Assembly (NCBI GenBank): GCA_011364925.1
Contig: RDOA01000023.1
Span: forward strand, 1-50,005
Direction: 5' to 3'
DNA: 50,005 bases
DNA from: Promethearchaeota archaeon
GTDB taxonomy: Archaea; Asgardarchaeota; Lokiarchaeia; Sigyniarchaeales; SOKP01
Shown here: positions 47,316-50,005 of the stretch, one piece after another
Numbering within the stretch: position 1 is the first letter of the stretch
Layout: every line of letters begins with the position of its first letter
The notes under the pieces: generated by a model
Seen by the model: the letters and a program-made list of their open reading frames with translations, nothing else
Told to the model about the DNA's origin: nothing
Databases searched by the model: none
Position numbers and translations under genes: made by a program

Positions 47316-49469
47316 TTACACAACTTCTAATTGATTTTCGCATTTGGGGCAAAATAAGGGTAATTCTTCTTCGCATGGCTCTAATTCGTCGCTATTTAGT
47401 AGCTTTCTCCAGCAGACTAATTTACCTTCTTTTTCGATCATGTCTCGACCATGGTGTTGAGGTATGATATTTTTTGTATGGCAAGAATTACAAATAATAA
47501 TTTTTGCATCGCTTTCCAGATCATCTATCGGTATATCTTTATATTTCATTCTGTACCTAAAAATTGTCATTCCGTTGATTAATACGAGGAGAGATACTCC
47601 CATATCCCCAATTCCTACGGCAAGCCAGAGTGTCATCAAACCTATGACAGTTAACACTGCAAATGCTACCTTGATAATTATTGAAGTCCAAATGTTCTGT
47701 CTTATGGTTCTATTAGTCTTTTTAGAGATATCAAAGAATGTGATAATCTTTTTTAAATCATCGCTCATGACAATAACATCTGCTGTTTCTAAGGTTATAT
47801 CTGTAGCAGAAGCTCCGATCGCAATCCCTAAGTCTGATAACGCTAGTGCGGGAGCGTCGTTTATTCCGTCTCCTACCATCGCTACTCCTTTATGTTTTTG
47901 TTTGAGTTCTTTTATTTCCTCCAATTTCTGGTCTGGGAGCAATTCACCATATGAAGCATCTATATCTAGACAGGCACCAATCGTATTGCATACTAATTGA
48001 TTATCTCCCGAGATCATGGCAGATTTGAACCCTCGTTTTTTCAATCCATCAACCAATAGCGGTGCTGATACTCTTAACACATCTCGAATTGTAATGACGC
48101 CTAAGACTATATTATTTGTTCCAAGTAATATTGGAATTGTTCCCGTTTGTTCGATATCTCCAAAGATTCCCTCGGGTAGATTAAATTCTAGATCTTCAAA
48201 ATACTTTTTACTGCCAACATGGTAAACTTGACCGTGAATTTCACCTTTTATTCCTTTACCCTTAATAATGTTAAAAGAATCGACATTATACAACGATAAA
48301 TCCATTTGTTTAGCTTGGTGAACTATAGCTTTTCCGATTGGGTGTTCCGAGAGAACTTCTAAACTTGCAGCTAATTTCATTATTTCCTGTTTATCAAGAG
48401 AGTATTCAAATATATCAAAAACTTTCAGGTTTCCTTCGGTTAAAGTTCCAGTCTTGTCAAATGCTATTAATTCTATTGATTTCGCTTTTTCTATAAATTT
48501 GTTTCCTTTAACGAGGATTCCTTCTTTTGCCATCTTTGTAAGAGCCGCTATGTTTGCTAACGGAGTTGATAATGTGAGAGCACAAGGACACGATACGACA
48601 AGTAAAACTAATCCTCTATAAAACCATGTATTAAAATCTAATCTGAATAATAAAGGAGGTAAGATCATGACGAGAAGTGAACTAATTAATATAATTGGGG
48701 TGTAATATCGAGCAAACTTCTCAATAAACCGTTCACTATTACTCTTATTTTGTTGAGCTAATTTGATACTTTCTGCTATCTTAGCGACAACAGTATTCGA
48801 GCTTTCTCTAATTACTTCTATATCAATAAAACTATCGCTGTTCATGCTTGCTGCAAATACTTCATCAGTTATGCTTTTAAAAACCGGCACTGACTCCCCC
48901 GTTATTGCGCTTTCGTCGAAATAAGATTCTCCTTTTACAATTTTACCATCAATTGGTACTTTCATACCGGGTTTAATACCAACAATATCACCTACTTTCA
49001 CTTCTCGGGTGGGTACAAACTTGTATCCATCTTCAGTTTTAAGAAGTGCTTCATCTGGAGCTAGCTCAAGCAACTCTTTTATGGCATGGCGTGATTTATC
49101 TGTAGTTAATTCCTCTAAATGTTCTGCGATAGCATATAACAATATTGCTGTAGCTCCTTCTTGACCGTGAAAAATAAAAAAGGACGCTATTCCCGCAACC
49201 AGCATAAGAATGTTGGCAGTAATCCTTTTTCCAAGAATATCTTCTATAGCTTCTTTTAAAATGCCATAACAGGAAAGTAGGATCGATGTTACTGCGAAGA
49301 ACTGGCTAAGTATTATTGCTTGGGTTAAAAATTCTATCAAAATTGCGATTCCAAGCAATATCGCAGACGGAATGATGAAGTACCAAAACTTTTTTTCGAA
49401 AAACGATTCTTTGTCCTCTTTTTCTTCAAGATCTCCGACCAAGCACAGTTCATTAGAACATTGCGTCAT
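47316..49469 (-). CDS. Heavy-metal (Zn/Cd/Co-type) P1B-ATPase with C-terminal Cys/His metal-binding extension
   Basis: TGES, SCPC, DKTGT, SEHP and GDGINDAP motifs; GGTGA SD before ATG 49469. Confidence 0.93.
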   Translation of the reverse strand: MTQCSNELCLVGDLEEKEDKESFFEKKFWYFIIPSAILLGIAILIEFLTQAIILSQFFAVTSILLSCYGILKEAIEDILGKRITANILMLVAGIASFFIFHGQEGATAILLYAIAEHLEELTTDKSRHAIKELLELAPDEALLKTEDGYKFVPTREVKVGDIVGIKPGMKVPIDGKIVKGESYFDESAITGESVPVFKSITDEVFAASMNSDSFIDIEVIRESSNTVVAKIAESIKLAQQNKSNSERFIEKFARYYTPIILISSLLVMILPPLLFRLDFNTWFYRGLVLLVVSCPCALTLSTPLANIAALTKMAKEGILVKGNKFIEKAKSIELIAFDKTGTLTEGNLKVFDIFEYSLDKQEIMKLAASLEVLSEHPIGKAIVHQAKQMDLSLYNVDSFNIIKGKGIKGEIHGQVYHVGSKKYFEDLEFNLPEGIFGDIEQTGTIPILLGTNNIVLGVITIRDVLRVSAPLLVDGLKKRGFKSAMISGDNQLVCNTIGACLDIDASYGELLPDQKLEEIKELKQKHKGVAMVGDGINDAPALALSDLGIAIGASATDITLETADVIVMSDDLKKIITFFDISKKTNRTIRQNIWTSIIIKVAFAVLTVIGLMTLWLAVGIGDMGVSLLVLINGMTIFRYRMKYKDIPIDDLESDAKIIICNSCHTKNIIPQHHGRDMIEKEGKLVCWRKLLNSDELEPCEEELPLFCPKCENQLEVV

Positions 49470-49628
49470 ATGTATCACCACTTAATGTAAATTAGTCAAG
49501 TCTAAAAAGCTTTATATTATATATTAAAAAGAAGCTACAGCAAGCCGAGGTGAGATTAAACTTAAGCTCTTTATCTCTTTATTAATTATAAGTTATTTTC
49601 ATAAATCTCTACTAGTAAGGAGTAAGGA

Positions 49629-50005
49629 TTATTTAATAACGTAAACCAACTTTTGACCTTCCTCCTCCTTCAATCCTAACTCGCTTCGTATTGCGTTCCT
49701 AATCAGATAACCCCCTACATGAAGTATCGAATCTTTCAAAATTGTATCTTGATCCATCGATGCATTACATGGATAAGAATGATGTGCTTTACTAATTCTT
49801 TCGTTTAAACTCACTTCCCCTTTATCTATGTATTTAGCTTTCAATTGTTGACAAACAAAATAAGAACTTCCGCAAGGAGCACACTGAAGAACACATGAAT
49901 CTACGATTGATTTTCCATCTTCTGATAATAGGAATGAAATAATTGGAACTCCAATCTTGAAATAATCAATAAATTCAATAATGTAACTTCGATTTTTAGT
50001 AATGT
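49629..50005 (-). CDS. DUF166-like protein, 5' end outside the window
   Basis: Frame open to the window edge: ...VLQCAPCGSS...AHHSYPCNASM...DSILHVGGY. Confidence 0.7.
   Translation of the reverse strand, partial: ITKNRSYIIEFIDYFKIGVPIISFLLSEDGKSIVDSCVLQCAPCGSSYFVCQQLKAKYIDKGEVSLNERISKAHHSYPCNASMDQDTILKDSILHVGGYLIRNAIRSELGLKEEEGQKLVYVIK

Noticed and set aside
46944-47316. tRNA-Leu as the attachment site of an integrated element
   Set aside because: No integrase and no duplicated tRNA 3' end were seen in the window.
2590-48225. Many short ORF-track entries overlapping longer genes (e.g. 2590-2952, 18679-19044, 21529-21987, 47464-48000)
   Set aside because: These are antisense or alternative-frame shadows of well-supported genes, with no recognisable motifs.

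Overview
This is an AT-rich, gene-dense archaeal chromosomal segment, inferred to be from an Asgard archaeon (Lokiarchaeia-like). The basis is a roadblock/LC7 protein, a roadblock-Rab GTPase fusion, longin-like domains, a gelsolin-domain protein, GGTGA-type Shine-Dalgarno sites and an archaeal tRNA-Leu without encoded CCA. The centre (9.2-22 kb) is an isoprenoid/lipid supercluster. It holds the modified archaeal mevalonate pathway downstream of acetoacetyl-CoA (HMGS, class II HMGR, MVK, aconitase-X-type PMD large and small subunits, UbiD-type AMPD, UbiX, IPK, IDI-2) plus GGPP synthase, a geranylgeranyl reductase and a cis-prenyltransferase. The best finding is in that cis-prenyltransferase (uppS) gene. 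Its catalytic D-G-N-R-R motif is interrupted by a 30-nt insertion (9855-9884, minus strand) carrying two in-frame stops, and the insertion folds into a canonical bulge-helix-bulge whose predicted cuts restore DGNRR exactly. This is a candidate tRNA-endonuclease-spliced mRNA intron. Other items: an HMGS with a C-terminal DUF35-like fusion, tandem 7TM-longin proteins, several small ORFs missing from the ORF track, a non-pyrrolysine MttB/corrinoid cluster, two orphan DNA methyltransferases and a P1B-ATPase. No CRISPR array or mobile element was seen. All family calls come from motif recognition by eye; no database searches were run.
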